NCBI GenBank assembly: GCA_043228905.1
Contig: JBHGNT010000008.1
Span: 15,314,001-15,378,000 of the forward strand
Direction of reading: 5' to 3'
DNA: 64,000 bases
From: Azolla caroliniana
Taxonomy: Eukaryota; Plantae; Polypodiophyta
This document shows positions 25,427-36,373 of this stretch, one piece after another. The translations under genes and the position numbers were made by a program. The notes beneath the pieces were generated by a model. The model made no database searches, was not told where the DNA came from, and was given only the letters and a program-made list of their open reading frames with translations. Positions within the stretch are counted from its first letter, which is position 1. Each line of letters starts with the position of its first letter.

Positions 25427-26643
25427 TGTAATGAAATGGGAGGCAAGAGTGATTGCAATGCAGTGGAAGAAGATTGAGAGAGAGTGTGTGTGTGTGAGGC
25501 AAGAGAGAGAGAGAGAGAGAGCTCTTAAGACAAAGATAGAAAAACTGTATATTAACCAAAAAATACATCAAACATAAAACATCCAATGTTAACTAAGTTA
25601 CAATGCGTTGGTTTATATACCAACTAAGTTAGGGCAAATGCCCTTTCTATTATTTACAAAACTAGCCCAACATGTCCATCAGCTAGTGTGAAACCTATCT
25701 AAGGGAAGTTGTGTTCGACTCTCAACACGCCCCTCAGAGCACAACTTCTATCTATCGAGAAGGTTGTTTGGTTCGTACTTCGACTTGTCTAGTCGGATGT
25801 GTTGCGTACTCGCGTACTTGATCAATTGCATATGTGTTGCGTATCATTGTGTATTGCTTCCATGTCACCTATACCTGTACTCCCCCTCAAGTTCGGCAAT
25901 GTAGATGTCGTGAGACCAAGGTCCGATGCAAATTGCCCGAGCTTGTTGACTCCTATGGCTTTCGTAAATATATCAGCAACTTGGAGGTGGGTACTGGTAT
26001 GTTGTAGATCGATCTCGCCGGCCTGTACGCCCTCGCGGATGAAGTGGTAATGCACTTCGATATGTTTAGTCCGCGCGTGAAATACGGGGTTCCGCGCCAG
26101 GTAGATACTACCCATGTTGTTGCAATAGAGACGAATTGGATCCTTAATGGGAACGCCCAAATCCTTTAGTATGTATTTAAGCCACGCCTCTTCGCATGCG
26201 GCGACTGCTGCAGCCCTATATTCGGCTTCCATGCTCGATAATGCGACTGTCGGCTATTTCTTGCTGCTCCAAGAGATTGCTCCACTGTCGAGGGAGAAGA
26301 CAAATTCGGAGGTGGATCGTCTATCCGCTTTATAGCCTGCCCAGTTCGCGTTAGTGTACCCTTCGAGTCGAATAGTCGTGTTCGATTTATAAATGATGCC
26401 GTAGGCCATTGTTGTACTGACATACCGTAGTATCCTCTTAGCACAATCAAGATGAAGGTTTCGCGGATTCTGCATGAATTGGCTAAGTAGGCCAACTGAA
26501 TAACTGAGGTCGGGTCGCGTAATGGTTAGATAGATCAAACTATCGATCAGTTGTCGATACTGAGTCGGCTCACTCTCAACGGTTCCGGAATTAGCATCAA
26601 TCTTTAGGTTACAATTGAGAGGGGTAGACACAGGCTTGCACTC
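25427..26643 (-). mobile_element. Ty1/copia N2: RT end, RNase H, 3' LTR (25427-25727)
   Basis: SLIYLTITRPD, ARTKHIEVHYHF, ADIFTKA. The LTR is paralogous to 6017-6322. Truncated at 26643 without an LTR. Confidence 0.88.
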
Positions 26644-29368
26644 GACGTGATACACTCCGATGTGTGGGGGCCAGCACAAAACGTTAGTCTTGGCGGGAGC
26701 CGATAATTCGTCTCCTTCATCGACGACTACACGCGGCACACATGGATCTACCTCATCGAGAGGAAGAGCGAAGTCTTCGACTGTTTCCGGGACCTCAAAG
26801 GGTTCGTGGAAACGGAAACAGGAAGACAGATCAAGTGCCTGCGGTGGGATGGCGGAAAAAAATACTTTTCCAGTCAATTCAACGGTTATCTACAACAGAT
26901 GGGAATTCCGCGCGAATTCAGTTGCAGATACACGCCGGAGCAAAACGCCGTGGTCGAGAGGAAAAATCGGTCGGTTGTGGAAGCAGCACGGGCAATGTTG
27001 GATAAGAAGAGCTTGCCCAAGTTCTACTGGGCCGAGGCGGTAAGGACCGCGGTATACATCCAGAATCGGATTGGAGATAAAGTGTCGACGCACGAGCTAT
27101 ATTTCGGAACGAAGCCGAACTTGTGACACTTACGAGTTTTCGGTAGCATTGCGTATGTGCATGTGCCGAAGGAGAAAAGGAGGAAGTCAGACGTGAAAGC
27201 CGAGAAGTGTATCTTGGTCGGCTATTCGGACGAGCAGAAGGGTTATAAGTCCTATAACCCGCGTACCAAACAAGCGCGTGTGAGCCACATCATTGTGTTT
27301 GATGAGTCCGCGTCATGGTACTTGCCCCCGACTCCGGACCTCACCTCCAATCCGGGTTCTGACGATGAGGTCAATGAGAGTGAGATGCCTACGGATGAAC
27401 CTGAAATCGGAACCCGCGAAGAGAGTCCGATTTCGTTTCGGTTAAGTGGACTGAATGGACGACTGAGTCGTTTCGACCAGTCTGATGAAGAGCCGGCGAG
27501 TAGTGGAGACTCGGCCGTACATTTCCCGCGCTGGAAGCCGAGGAGACGGCTTACGCGCAAAGAGAAAGGGAAGAAAAAGGTGTCGGATTCCGGCATGGAT
27601 AGAAACAAGTCAGACCAACGCGAGTCCGACTCCGAGGAAAGCGGTGACGGGTCTTCAAGAGCAAAGTCCGCGTCGGCCGAGAAGACCTTGACATCGACTA
27701 AACACCAATTATGCCGATCTACCCGCCAGAAGAACCCAGTTTTACGGTTCAGATACAACGAGTACATGGTGCATCATTATGCGTACATGACCCGTGTAGC
27801 GGAAGTGCGTGAGCCGGAGAGCTATGCAGATGTGGCTAAGGACGCGAACTGGCGCGCCGCAATGAAGGAAGAGATGCACGCATTGGCAGAAAACGAGACC
27901 TGGGACCAGGTTGACGCACCAAAGGGTGGGGTGTACAAAGTCAAGTACAACACCGACGGCTCGGTCAACCGATACAAGGCCCGATTAGTAGCAAAAGGCT
28001 ACGCGTAGAAACACGTCATTGACTACGATGAGACGTTTGCACCAGTCGTGAAGATGACGACTGGCCGTATTTTGCTCGCGGTAGCTGCGGCAAAGGGGTG
28101 ACACTTACATCAGATGGATGTAAAGAATGCGTTCCTACAAGGTGAGATTGAGGAACAAGTGTACATGGTACAGCCCCCCGGATTTCACTCCAGAACGAAC
28201 ACCTCGGCGGTGTGCCGATTGAAGAAGTCCCTTTACGGACTGAAGCAAGCTCCGCGTGCCTGGAACGCGAAGATCACGCAGCAACTGCGTCGGATGGGCT
28301 TTGCAATGTCAAAATCGGACTCTTCCCTATTCATCCGGAAAGGTCGACTCGGGCCAGTTAGTATTTTACTATACGTTGATGACTTGGTCATCACTGGCGT
28401 CGACCTAGATGAAATCGACCGCGTGAAGCTCCAACTTGCGGCATCATTCAACATGAAGGATCTGGGGACCTTCATTACTTCCTTGGGATCAAAGTGGTCC
28501 GCACCCCCGAAGCCATACTGATCAGCCAATGTCATTACGCGCTGAATATGCTCTTCAAATTCGGGATTGCAGACTGTAAGTCCATCTCGACTGCTCTTGA
28601 TAGAACCATCAAGCTTCGCCCCAATTCCGGAAAGGTGTGCGACCCGACCAGGTTCCGACAAATTGTCGAAAGCCTCATTTACTTGACAATCACCCGACCC
28701 GATCTCAATTATCCAGTCGGGGTGATTAGTCAGTTTATGGCGCGACCTACCGAGGAGCACCTTCAGTGTGCGCAATGCGTATTGTGGTATGTAAGCAGCA
28801 CTAAGGACTAGGGACTGCTATTTCGGACCGGTCTAGCCCCGCAATTGGTTGGCTACACCGATGCTGATTGGGCTGGCAACGCCGCCGATCGCCGATCCAC
28901 ATCCGGATACGCGTTCTCTCTTGGGAGTGCCGCGATAGCGTGGAGTAGCAAGAAACAACCGACAGTTGCACTGTCGAGCACCGAAGCCGAGTATAGAGGA
29001 GCGGTTGTCGCGACATGTGAAGTCATATGGTTGAAGCGGCTACTTAAGGATCTGCAGGTGGAGGTGTCCAATCCGACGACGATCTACTGCGACAACCTCA
29101 GCAACATCCAGCTCGCAAAGAACCCCGTCTTGCACGAACGGACCAAGCACATTGAGGCGCACTACCATTTTGTCCATGAGCATGTCCTTTCTGGTGAAGT
29201 CGAACTTCAGTATGTTTCGACGAATCAACAGACCGCCGACATCTTTACCAAGCCTCTTGGTCTGGACAAGTTGTGGCGATTCTCGGGTGTGCTTGGGTTT
29301 CGTCACCTCGACGTGCCGAACTTGAGGGGGAGAGACGTCCCTGATGACCACAGAAGGGAGCAAGGAAG

Positions 29369-30116
29369 TGTGAAAGTGTTTTTAGAATCTAAGCCATTGA
29401 ACATTAGGAGAATATAAAGTATAGATAATTCACCTTTTGAGGATAAGAACACGAACTAAGACCTTAGGGAAGAAGTCAAAAGTAAAAGTACGAGACCAAG
29501 AGAAAAGTAAAAAGAGAAAACGCAGACTATAAAAAACAGTAAAAATAGAATGGTCATAACTCCCTCGTTGTTTATCCAAATATCACGTTTAAATATGGAT
29601 TAGAAAGCTTGTAAAAAGAGCTTTCTATAGCTTTTTAAATCGCTTAATTTGGATATCGGATGAGGGAGATATGACGATTAGAAGGTTGATGTGTCATAGC
29701 TAAAAATAGGGAGATAAAAAGCTTCTAAAAATAGCATGAACGTGGATAAGAAGAGGAAGGTTATAAAAGAAGAAGTAATATTAGGGAGAAGGGGGCTGAG
29801 AGTGAAGGCCAAAGAGTGGATGAGGAGTGTTAGGAAGAAGTGTCTTTGTGGAAGAGGAAGTGTCTTAGAAGAGGAAGGTCTTTGGTTTTAGTTCAATGTG
29901 GAGTTTGTCTCCTTTGTATTCTCTTGATGTTGGAATATCAGAACATTCTTATTTCTTGCTCGCTTTCTCTATCTTTTTTCTTAGTTTCTTGAGTTATACT
30001 CTCTAATCATAATTACCTAGAGCTATATAATATATTATGATTTTCAACTCCATCTAATCGGTTTGGTCAAGCCCTCATATAGTGTATAACTATCTATTAT
30101 CTTATACACACTATCA
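29369..30116 (+). repeat. 5' LTR of D
   Basis: Direct repeat of 35626-36373; TATAAAAG near 29762. Confidence 0.97.
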
Positions 30117-30120
30117 TTTT

Positions 30121-30137
30121 TGGCGCTCCAGGGAGGG
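30121..30137 (+). promoter_or_regulatory. PBS of D, tRNA-Asn-like
   Basis: TGGCGCTCCAGGGAGGG, 4 nt after the LTR. It resembles the complement of plant tRNA-Asn 3' ends (TGGCGCTAGAAGGAGGG) with differences, so the tRNA identity is tentative. Confidence 0.55.
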
Positions 30138-30204
30138 CGGATCCTTTCCGTATAGGAGGGAGAACTTATCATTTAATTGTGTACTATATTACATTAACTT
30201 AGCT

Positions 30205-33200
30205 ATGCAATTTGCATTTTCAGGTGAAAGAACACAAGATGCGGGTGCCTTTTTGGCATCTTTTGAGCATCATGCTGTCTCTATTGGACGCATCACCGAC
30301 AATGAGAAGTTACCTTTATTGGTAGCTACATTCTATGGTCGAGCTCGAGATTGGTATGACTCTCTTCCTCCAAACCAACAGGGAGCATATCAATTGTTGG
30401 TGCACCAGTTTCGTGCCAAATATATTCAACGACGAAGTGCAACCGAAGTAAGGGAAGAGCTATTTCGACTAAAGATGGAATCACCAATTGGTTTCACTGA
30501 GTATGAAAGAAATTTCAAGGATTTGTGGACTACATGGATTCGTCTTCGTGGCGGCACTGAAGACGAGTGGTTTAAAATGGAACGATTCAAGATGGGTCTT
30601 GATATGTATTTCCGTTTGGAAGCAAACTTGAAGGATCCCACATCGTTTCAAGCTCTTATCCAAGTTTGTCAAGCTTATGATCGACAAGTGAAGATGATGA
30701 GCTCCTTGGGGGATCCCCAAATGACGGCTTTGGGTGCAAATTTGATGCCTCGTGCCAACTTTCAAGCCTCATCTTCAATTGTGCATGGGGGACAAGTGTT
30801 TCCAAATGTGTATACCACCACAACAATAAACCCAACAAGTATATCCCAAGAAGTTGAACAAGTGAGGAGTGAACAAGATACCATGGCATTGGTAAATCGG
30901 CGCTTTGATGAAGTGATGACCCACTTGCGACAATCCCAAGCAATTCACAACACTATTCCCGATGGTGGTGGCTCTAGAGGGCATCACGGTGTAATTTGTT
31001 ATTCTTGTCAAGAGGAGGGACACATCTCAACAAGATGTCCTCATCGACAACAAAGAGGCATGGGAAGAGGCATTTATCAAGTGCAAAGGAATGGACAACG
31101 ACCTAACAACAATGAAGTCGAAGGAAACGTAACACTCCCTATGGCTCAGGTTCCTACAATCCCTCATAATGTGAATCTTCTTAATTTTATTGATGATAGT
31201 GATAATTCTTTTGAAGTAGCTCCTGTGAAAAGGACAAGGTCCTCGCAAAAGGAGAAAGAAGTTGAAGGAGAATCTAGTGCCTCAAGACAAAAGAAGAAGT
31301 CTAAGGAGAATGAGAACGAGGAAAAATTGAGAAGGAGACACTCTAGAAGAAAGATCAAGATGGAGGACATTCCTATGGGTGAAGGTGTAGAAGCTTTCAA
31401 TTTGAAGCATGAGTTGATTTCAAGTGGACCAAGGATAACATGGCCGCAACTTCTCCAATTATCTCCCACATTACGAAAGGAGTGGGGGCGACTTGCAAGT
31501 ATTCGCCAAAGTCGGAAGACTGTGCATTATGTGGGAATCGTGCGAGTAGAAGATCGAAAGGACATACGACCCACCATCCCCGTCTCCATCAAAGGGTTTC
31601 ACATCAAAGATGCGTTGGTTGATAGTGGTGCTAGAGTAAGCTTGATTTCTGAATTTGTGGTAAACAAAGTGGGAATTCCTATAAGTAGGTCATCTTCGGC
31701 AAGAGTGGCTGTAGCCGATGGTGGAGTGGTCCATTGCATTGGCATAGTGGAGGATGTTGTCATCAAGTGTTTTGGGGTAAGCATTTCCATGGATTTTCAT
31801 GTAATACCACTAAAAGGACCGTCATATTCTTTGGTACTAGGACGACCATGGATGCAAGAACTCAATGTTGTCCAAGATTGGAGCAAAGGTTTGATGACCA
31901 TAACGCCATCAAAAGGAGTGAGCATACATTATGATATGCGGCAACAAAGACTTATTGAGAAAGAAGAAGATGGAATAACTGAATATGATAGTGGGTCCGC
32001 ATATGAAAGTGATGAAAGTGAAGATTCCTCGTCAGAATGGGAAATGGCCACATCATATGCCGTTTTGAAGGAAGAAGATGATGAAGGAGGTTTAATTACT
32101 ATGGAGCAAAAAGAGAAGATGATTTCTAAAGATCTTAAAGGGCAAGAGAGGCAACAATTTATTAATTTGATTTCTGAATTTCCTAACCTTTTCATTAGTG
32201 ATTATGCTCATATTAGGGGTGTAGATGTCATCCAACATCACATAAATCTAAAGGAGGGTACAACTCCCGTTGCGCAAAAGTTGCGAAGGCTAGGTCACGT
32301 GCAAAAGGAGGCCTTATTAAAGGAAGTCAAAGCTTTGTTGCGTGCACAATTCATTTACCCAGTGGAAGATTCTGAATGGGTTTCGCCCATTGTGGTGGTA
32401 CCTAAAAAGAATGGAAAATGGAGGGTTTGTGTTGATTACAAACCTCTAAATGCGGCTACCAAGAGGGATCACTTTCCTCTCCCTTTCCAAGATGAAATAT
32501 TAGATGAAATTGCGGGTCATGAAATGTACTCTGTTTGTGATGGCTATTCAGGTTATTTTCAAATTCGTATTGCGGAAGAGGATCAAAAGAAGACGACATT
32601 CATCACTCCATGGGGATGCTTTGCATATCGATGCATGCCCTTTGGACTCACAAATGCTGTTTTTACATTTAATCGTCTTGCTATTCATGTATTCCAACCA
32701 TTCTTTGGAAAGTTTGTTAGAGTCTTTATGGATGACTTTGCAATTTATAGTAGCAGGAAAGACCATTTGGAAAAGGTTCGCTCGGCATTCAAAAGATTGG
32801 AGGAATGCAAAATGCAACTCAACCCAGAGAAGTGTCACATAGGTGAAAAGGAGGTGGTGATGCTTGGTCATGTGGTGTCTCAAGAAGGAATCAAAGTTGA
32901 TAGCTCAAAGATTGAAGCAATTCAAAAGATGACAACACCCACGAGTATCAAAGATTTGGAGGTATTTGTTCAAAAAGTTCGTTACTTTGAACGATTCATT
33001 CATATGTTGGCCCAAATTCTCTATCCTTTTCGCATTATTCTTCGCACCAACAACTTCTTGTGGACATCTACAACTGAAGAGCAATATGTAAGAATAAAAG
33101 AACTATTATGTAATGCTCCTATTCTAAAGCCACCTGATAGAACATCTACCTTCTTTCTTTCTCTTAGTGTTGGATCTCATGCTATAGGAGCCATTCTTAT

Positions 33201-35364
33201 GCAACAAGATTCTGAAAATAGGCTTATGCATCCTATATATTTTATTAGTAAAGCCATGTCTGATGTAGAGAAAGAATTCTTAGAAGTAGAAAAGTGGATG
33301 TTAGCTCTTATATATGCTTGTAAAAAGTTTAGAAGCTTTCTACTACCTCATCATTTTGTAATAATCACTAGCATGTCATTACTCCCATATGTACTCCAAC
33401 ATGTGAGCATTTCAGCACGAATTGCTAAATGGGCTCTACTATTGGCGGAGTTTGATTTTGAAGTCAAATTGGAATCAACTATGCGTGCCGAATTGGCGGA
33501 TCTTCTCACCTTTAGAGAAACCTTTCATGAAGAAGACTTGGTAAAGCTACGAAAGGCACTTCCTGAGCCAGATATGGAGGATGCATTCACCTTATTCTTT
33601 GATGGGGCATTTCGCAAAGCCACAAACATAGCCGTGGGTGGGATTATTCTCAAGGATCCTCAAGGAGACAGAGTAAAAAGTGAAGGTATTACATTAAGTG
33701 GTGTGAATTCAAATAATGAAGCGGAGTATGCTACCTTGTGTTATGGTCTTCGTCTATGTAAAGCTATGAAGATAAAAAGATTAATTCTTAAGGGTGATTC
33801 CTTATTGGTAATTAAACAAATTCAAGGCAATTGGAAATGTCAAAGTGATGGGCTTAGAAATTTTTATAAAGAAGCAATGAGTCTACTAAGGTCTTTTGAA
33901 AAGATACAGGTTAAGCATGTGGGGAGATTATACAATAAAGAAGCAGATGCATTAGCTCAAGCCCAATTAGATAAGATCAAGGAAGGTTTCGTTGGTGTTT
34001 TGGAGACGTGCAAAGATGTAGACTCCCTAGAGGAAGTACATAATTTTCTTAATAAAGGAGAGTTTCCAAATAACCTCAATGCTTTGCAAAGAAAGCGTTT
34101 GGTGGCAAAGGCTTCACAATATCATTTGGTGGGTGAAGATTTGTACAACAAAGGGAAAGATGGAGTTTTACGAAGAGTTCCTAACAAAAGCGAGATTATA
34201 AAGATACTCTTTAAGTTGCATGAAGAAGTTTGTGGTGGGCATTTAGCCCATGATATAATGATAAGAAAGATTTTACTAATTGGTTTTACATGGCCTACTA
34301 TCCATAGGGATGTGCATGATTGGTGTAGATCTTGTGATGCATGTCAAAAAGCGGGAATAAGACATCTACAAAGTGGACCTTTACAACCCATTGTGGTGTT
34401 TGCTCCATTCGAGAAATGGGGAATTGATGCAGTAGGACCTCTTCCGAAAACTCAACATGGTAAAGAGTTTATTTTGGTGGCCATTGACTACATGACAAAG
34501 TGGGTGGAAGCTATAGCAACTTCCTCGATTAAAGCCAAAGATGTAGCCCAATTTGTGTATAAGAATATTTGTACTAGATTTGGAGTTCCCATGGAGATTG
34601 TATCCGATCATGGACCCGGTTTTAGGAGTGAAATGTTAGCTTGTCTATTAAGCAAGTTGAAGATTAAGCATCGATATTCAACGCCTTATTATCCTCAAGC
34701 AAATGGTGCAGTTGAGAAAGTGAATGGGCTTATAGTGAAGAATTTGACAAAGTTAGTGCAAGACAAAGTAAGAACATGGGATAGGTATTTGGATGATACT
34801 CTTTGGGCTTATAGAGTTTCTTATAAATCCTCCACAGGTTTTACTCCTTTTTATTTGGTTTATGGAAAAGAAGCGTTACTTCCGATCGAACTTGAGATCA
34901 AAAGTAATAGACTAATGGAGGCATCGCATCGCTCAAAAGGAAATGATGTGATGAGTCGTTTAGCGAGCAACCATCTACTACAATATTCAAGAGAAGAAGC
35001 TGTGGAGCATTACTTAAATCAAGCAATGAAGAGAAAGGAGGCATATGACAAAAAACACAAGGGCAACCACATTGAAGAAGGATCATTGGTTCTTAGGTAT
35101 GATAATAGATATGATTATATTCAAGGACAAAAGCTTGATAATAAGTGGGAAGGACCCTTTGTGGTTCACAAAAAGTATGACAACGGAAGTTACCAATTGA
35201 AAGATGTGGATGGAGCACTTCATTCTTATCGAGTGAACGGATGGCGCCTTAAAAAGTATGTAACTCGGGGACCTACTTATATTCCCCAAGTTACTAATGA
35301 TATTGTTGATACGGATGGATGGGAGCAAGAAGTGGACTTGTTTCCCCATACATTATTTTCTTAA
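30205..35364 (+). CDS. Gag-Pol polyprotein of D (gag, CCHC, protease, RT, degenerate RNase H, additional RNase H, integrase)
   Basis: First ATG after the PBS is at 30205. CYSCQEEGHISTRC; LVDSGA; MPFGLTNA/FMDD; FDGA..NEAEY..GDS..ADALA; HHCC, IDAVGP, SDHG, NGAVE; KWEGPF. Confidence 0.95.
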   Translation: MQFAFSGERTQDAGAFLASFEHHAVSIGRITDNEKLPLLVATFYGRARDWYDSLPPNQQGAYQLLVHQFRAKYIQRRSATEVREELFRLKMESPIGFTEYERNFKDLWTTWIRLRGGTEDEWFKMERFKMGLDMYFRLEANLKDPTSFQALIQVCQAYDRQVKMMSSLGDPQMTALGANLMPRANFQASSSIVHGGQVFPNVYTTTTINPTSISQEVEQVRSEQDTMALVNRRFDEVMTHLRQSQAIHNTIPDGGGSRGHHGVICYSCQEEGHISTRCPHRQQRGMGRGIYQVQRNGQRPNNNEVEGNVTLPMAQVPTIPHNVNLLNFIDDSDNSFEVAPVKRTRSSQKEKEVEGESSASRQKKKSKENENEEKLRRRHSRRKIKMEDIPMGEGVEAFNLKHELISSGPRITWPQLLQLSPTLRKEWGRLASIRQSRKTVHYVGIVRVEDRKDIRPTIPVSIKGFHIKDALVDSGARVSLISEFVVNKVGIPISRSSSARVAVADGGVVHCIGIVEDVVIKCFGVSISMDFHVIPLKGPSYSLVLGRPWMQELNVVQDWSKGLMTITPSKGVSIHYDMRQQRLIEKEEDGITEYDSGSAYESDESEDSSSEWEMATSYAVLKEEDDEGGLITMEQKEKMISKDLKGQERQQFINLISEFPNLFISDYAHIRGVDVIQHHINLKEGTTPVAQKLRRLGHVQKEALLKEVKALLRAQFIYPVEDSEWVSPIVVVPKKNGKWRVCVDYKPLNAATKRDHFPLPFQDEILDEIAGHEMYSVCDGYSGYFQIRIAEEDQKKTTFITPWGCFAYRCMPFGLTNAVFTFNRLAIHVFQPFFGKFVRVFMDDFAIYSSRKDHLEKVRSAFKRLEECKMQLNPEKCHIGEKEVVMLGHVVSQEGIKVDSSKIEAIQKMTTPTSIKDLEVFVQKVRYFERFIHMLAQILYPFRIILRTNNFLWTSTTEEQYVRIKELLCNAPILKPPDRTSTFFLSLSVGSHAIGAILMQQDSENRLMHPIYFISKAMSDVEKEFLEVEKWMLALIYACKKFRSFLLPHHFVIITSMSLLPYVLQHVSISARIAKWALLLAEFDFEVKLESTMRAELADLLTFRETFHEEDLVKLRKALPEPDMEDAFTLFFDGAFRKATNIAVGGIILKDPQGDRVKSEGITLSGVNSNNEAEYATLCYGLRLCKAMKIKRLILKGDSLLVIKQIQGNWKCQSDGLRNFYKEAMSLLRSFEKIQVKHVGRLYNKEADALAQAQLDKIKEGFVGVLETCKDVDSLEEVHNFLNKGEFPNNLNALQRKRLVAKASQYHLVGEDLYNKGKDGVLRRVPNKSEIIKILFKLHEEVCGGHLAHDIMIRKILLIGFTWPTIHRDVHDWCRSCDACQKAGIRHLQSGPLQPIVVFAPFEKWGIDAVGPLPKTQHGKEFILVAIDYMTKWVEAIATSSIKAKDVAQFVYKNICTRFGVPMEIVSDHGPGFRSEMLACLLSKLKIKHRYSTPYYPQANGAVEKVNGLIVKNLTKLVQDKVRTWDRYLDDTLWAYRVSYKSSTGFTPFYLVYGKEALLPIELEIKSNRLMEASHRSKGNDVMSRLASNHLLQYSREEAVEHYLNQAMKRKEAYDKKHKGNHIEEGSLVLRYDNRYDYIQGQKLDNKWEGPFVVHKKYDNGSYQLKDVDGALHSYRVNGWRLKKYVTRGPTYIPQVTNDIVDTDGWEQEVDLFPHTLFS

Positions 35365-35625
35365 TAGTCCATATTGTAGACCCATCTTTCTCTCTATTAA
35401 CAAAAAGGAAGATGGTAATAGTGATTATTTTTTTTATTTGTAGAGAATGTGAGGTTTTTCCTACCGATTAGCGGGGGTTTTACTCACATCTTTTTATTTT
35501 CTTTTTATTATATCTCTCTCATTGTCTATAGCCAAGAGATTGGCGAGAGAGCTTTTGTTTGTTAAGTACTGCCAATAAGTGCTTCGCCATAAATGGCTTA
35601 GCCTCTAACAAGGGGGAGGGCTAAA

Positions 35626-36373
35626 TGTGAAAGTGTTTTTAGAATCTAAGCCATTGAACATTAGGAGAATATAAAGTATAGATAATTCACCTTTTGAGGA
35701 TAAGAACACGAACTAAGACCTTAGGGAAGAAGTCAAAAGTAAAAGTACGAGACCAAGAGAAAAGTAAAAAGAGAAAACGCAGACTATAAAAAACAGTAAA
35801 AATAGAATGGTCATAACTCCCTCGTTGTTTATCCAAATATCACGTTTAAATATGTATTAGAAAGCTTGTAAAAAGAGCTTTCTATAGCTTTTTAAATCGC
35901 TTAATTTGGATATCGGATGAGGGAGATATGACGATTAGAAGGTTGATGTGTCATAGCTAAAAATAGGGAGATAAAAAGCTTCTAAAAATAGCATGAACGT
36001 GGATAAGAAGAGGAAGGTTATAAAAGAAGAAGTAATATTAGGGAGAAGGGGGCTGAGAGTGAAGGCCAAAGAGTGGATAAGGAGTGTTAGGAAGAAGTGT
36101 CTTTGTGGAAGAGGAAGTGTCTTAGAAGAGGAAGGTCTTTGGTTTTAGTTCAATGTGGAGTTTGTCTCCTTTGTATTCTCTTGATGTTGGAATATCAGAA
36201 CATTCTTATTTCTTGCTCGCTTTCTCTATCTTTTTTCTTAGTTTCTTGAGTTATACTCTCTAATCATAATTACCTAGAGCTATATAATATATTATGATTT
36301 TCAACTCCATCTAATCGGTTTGGTCAAGCCCTCATATAGTGTATAACTATCTATTATCTTATACACACTATCA
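35626..36373 (+). repeat. 3' LTR of D, preceded by PPT AAGGGGGAGGG (35610-35620)
   Basis: Direct repeat of 29369-30116. Confidence 0.97.

Larger units (their letters stand above)
29369..36373 (+). mobile_element. Full-length, very young Ty3/gypsy element D (Tat-like, dual RNase H), 7005 bp
   Basis: Two 748-bp LTRs (TGTGAA..CTATCA) with only 2 mismatches found by eye. Perfect TSD GGAAG at 29364-29368 and 36374-36378. PBS, PPT and an uninterrupted polyprotein. Confidence 0.97.

Noticed and set aside
5693-26050. N1 and N2 as the arms of one 20-kb inverted-repeat element
   Set aside because: Both are 3' ends with their own LTRs inserted in different hosts; they are independent family copies.
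35365-35625. env-like or extra ORF after pol in D
   Set aside because: Only ~260 bp of AT-rich sequence with no ORF.
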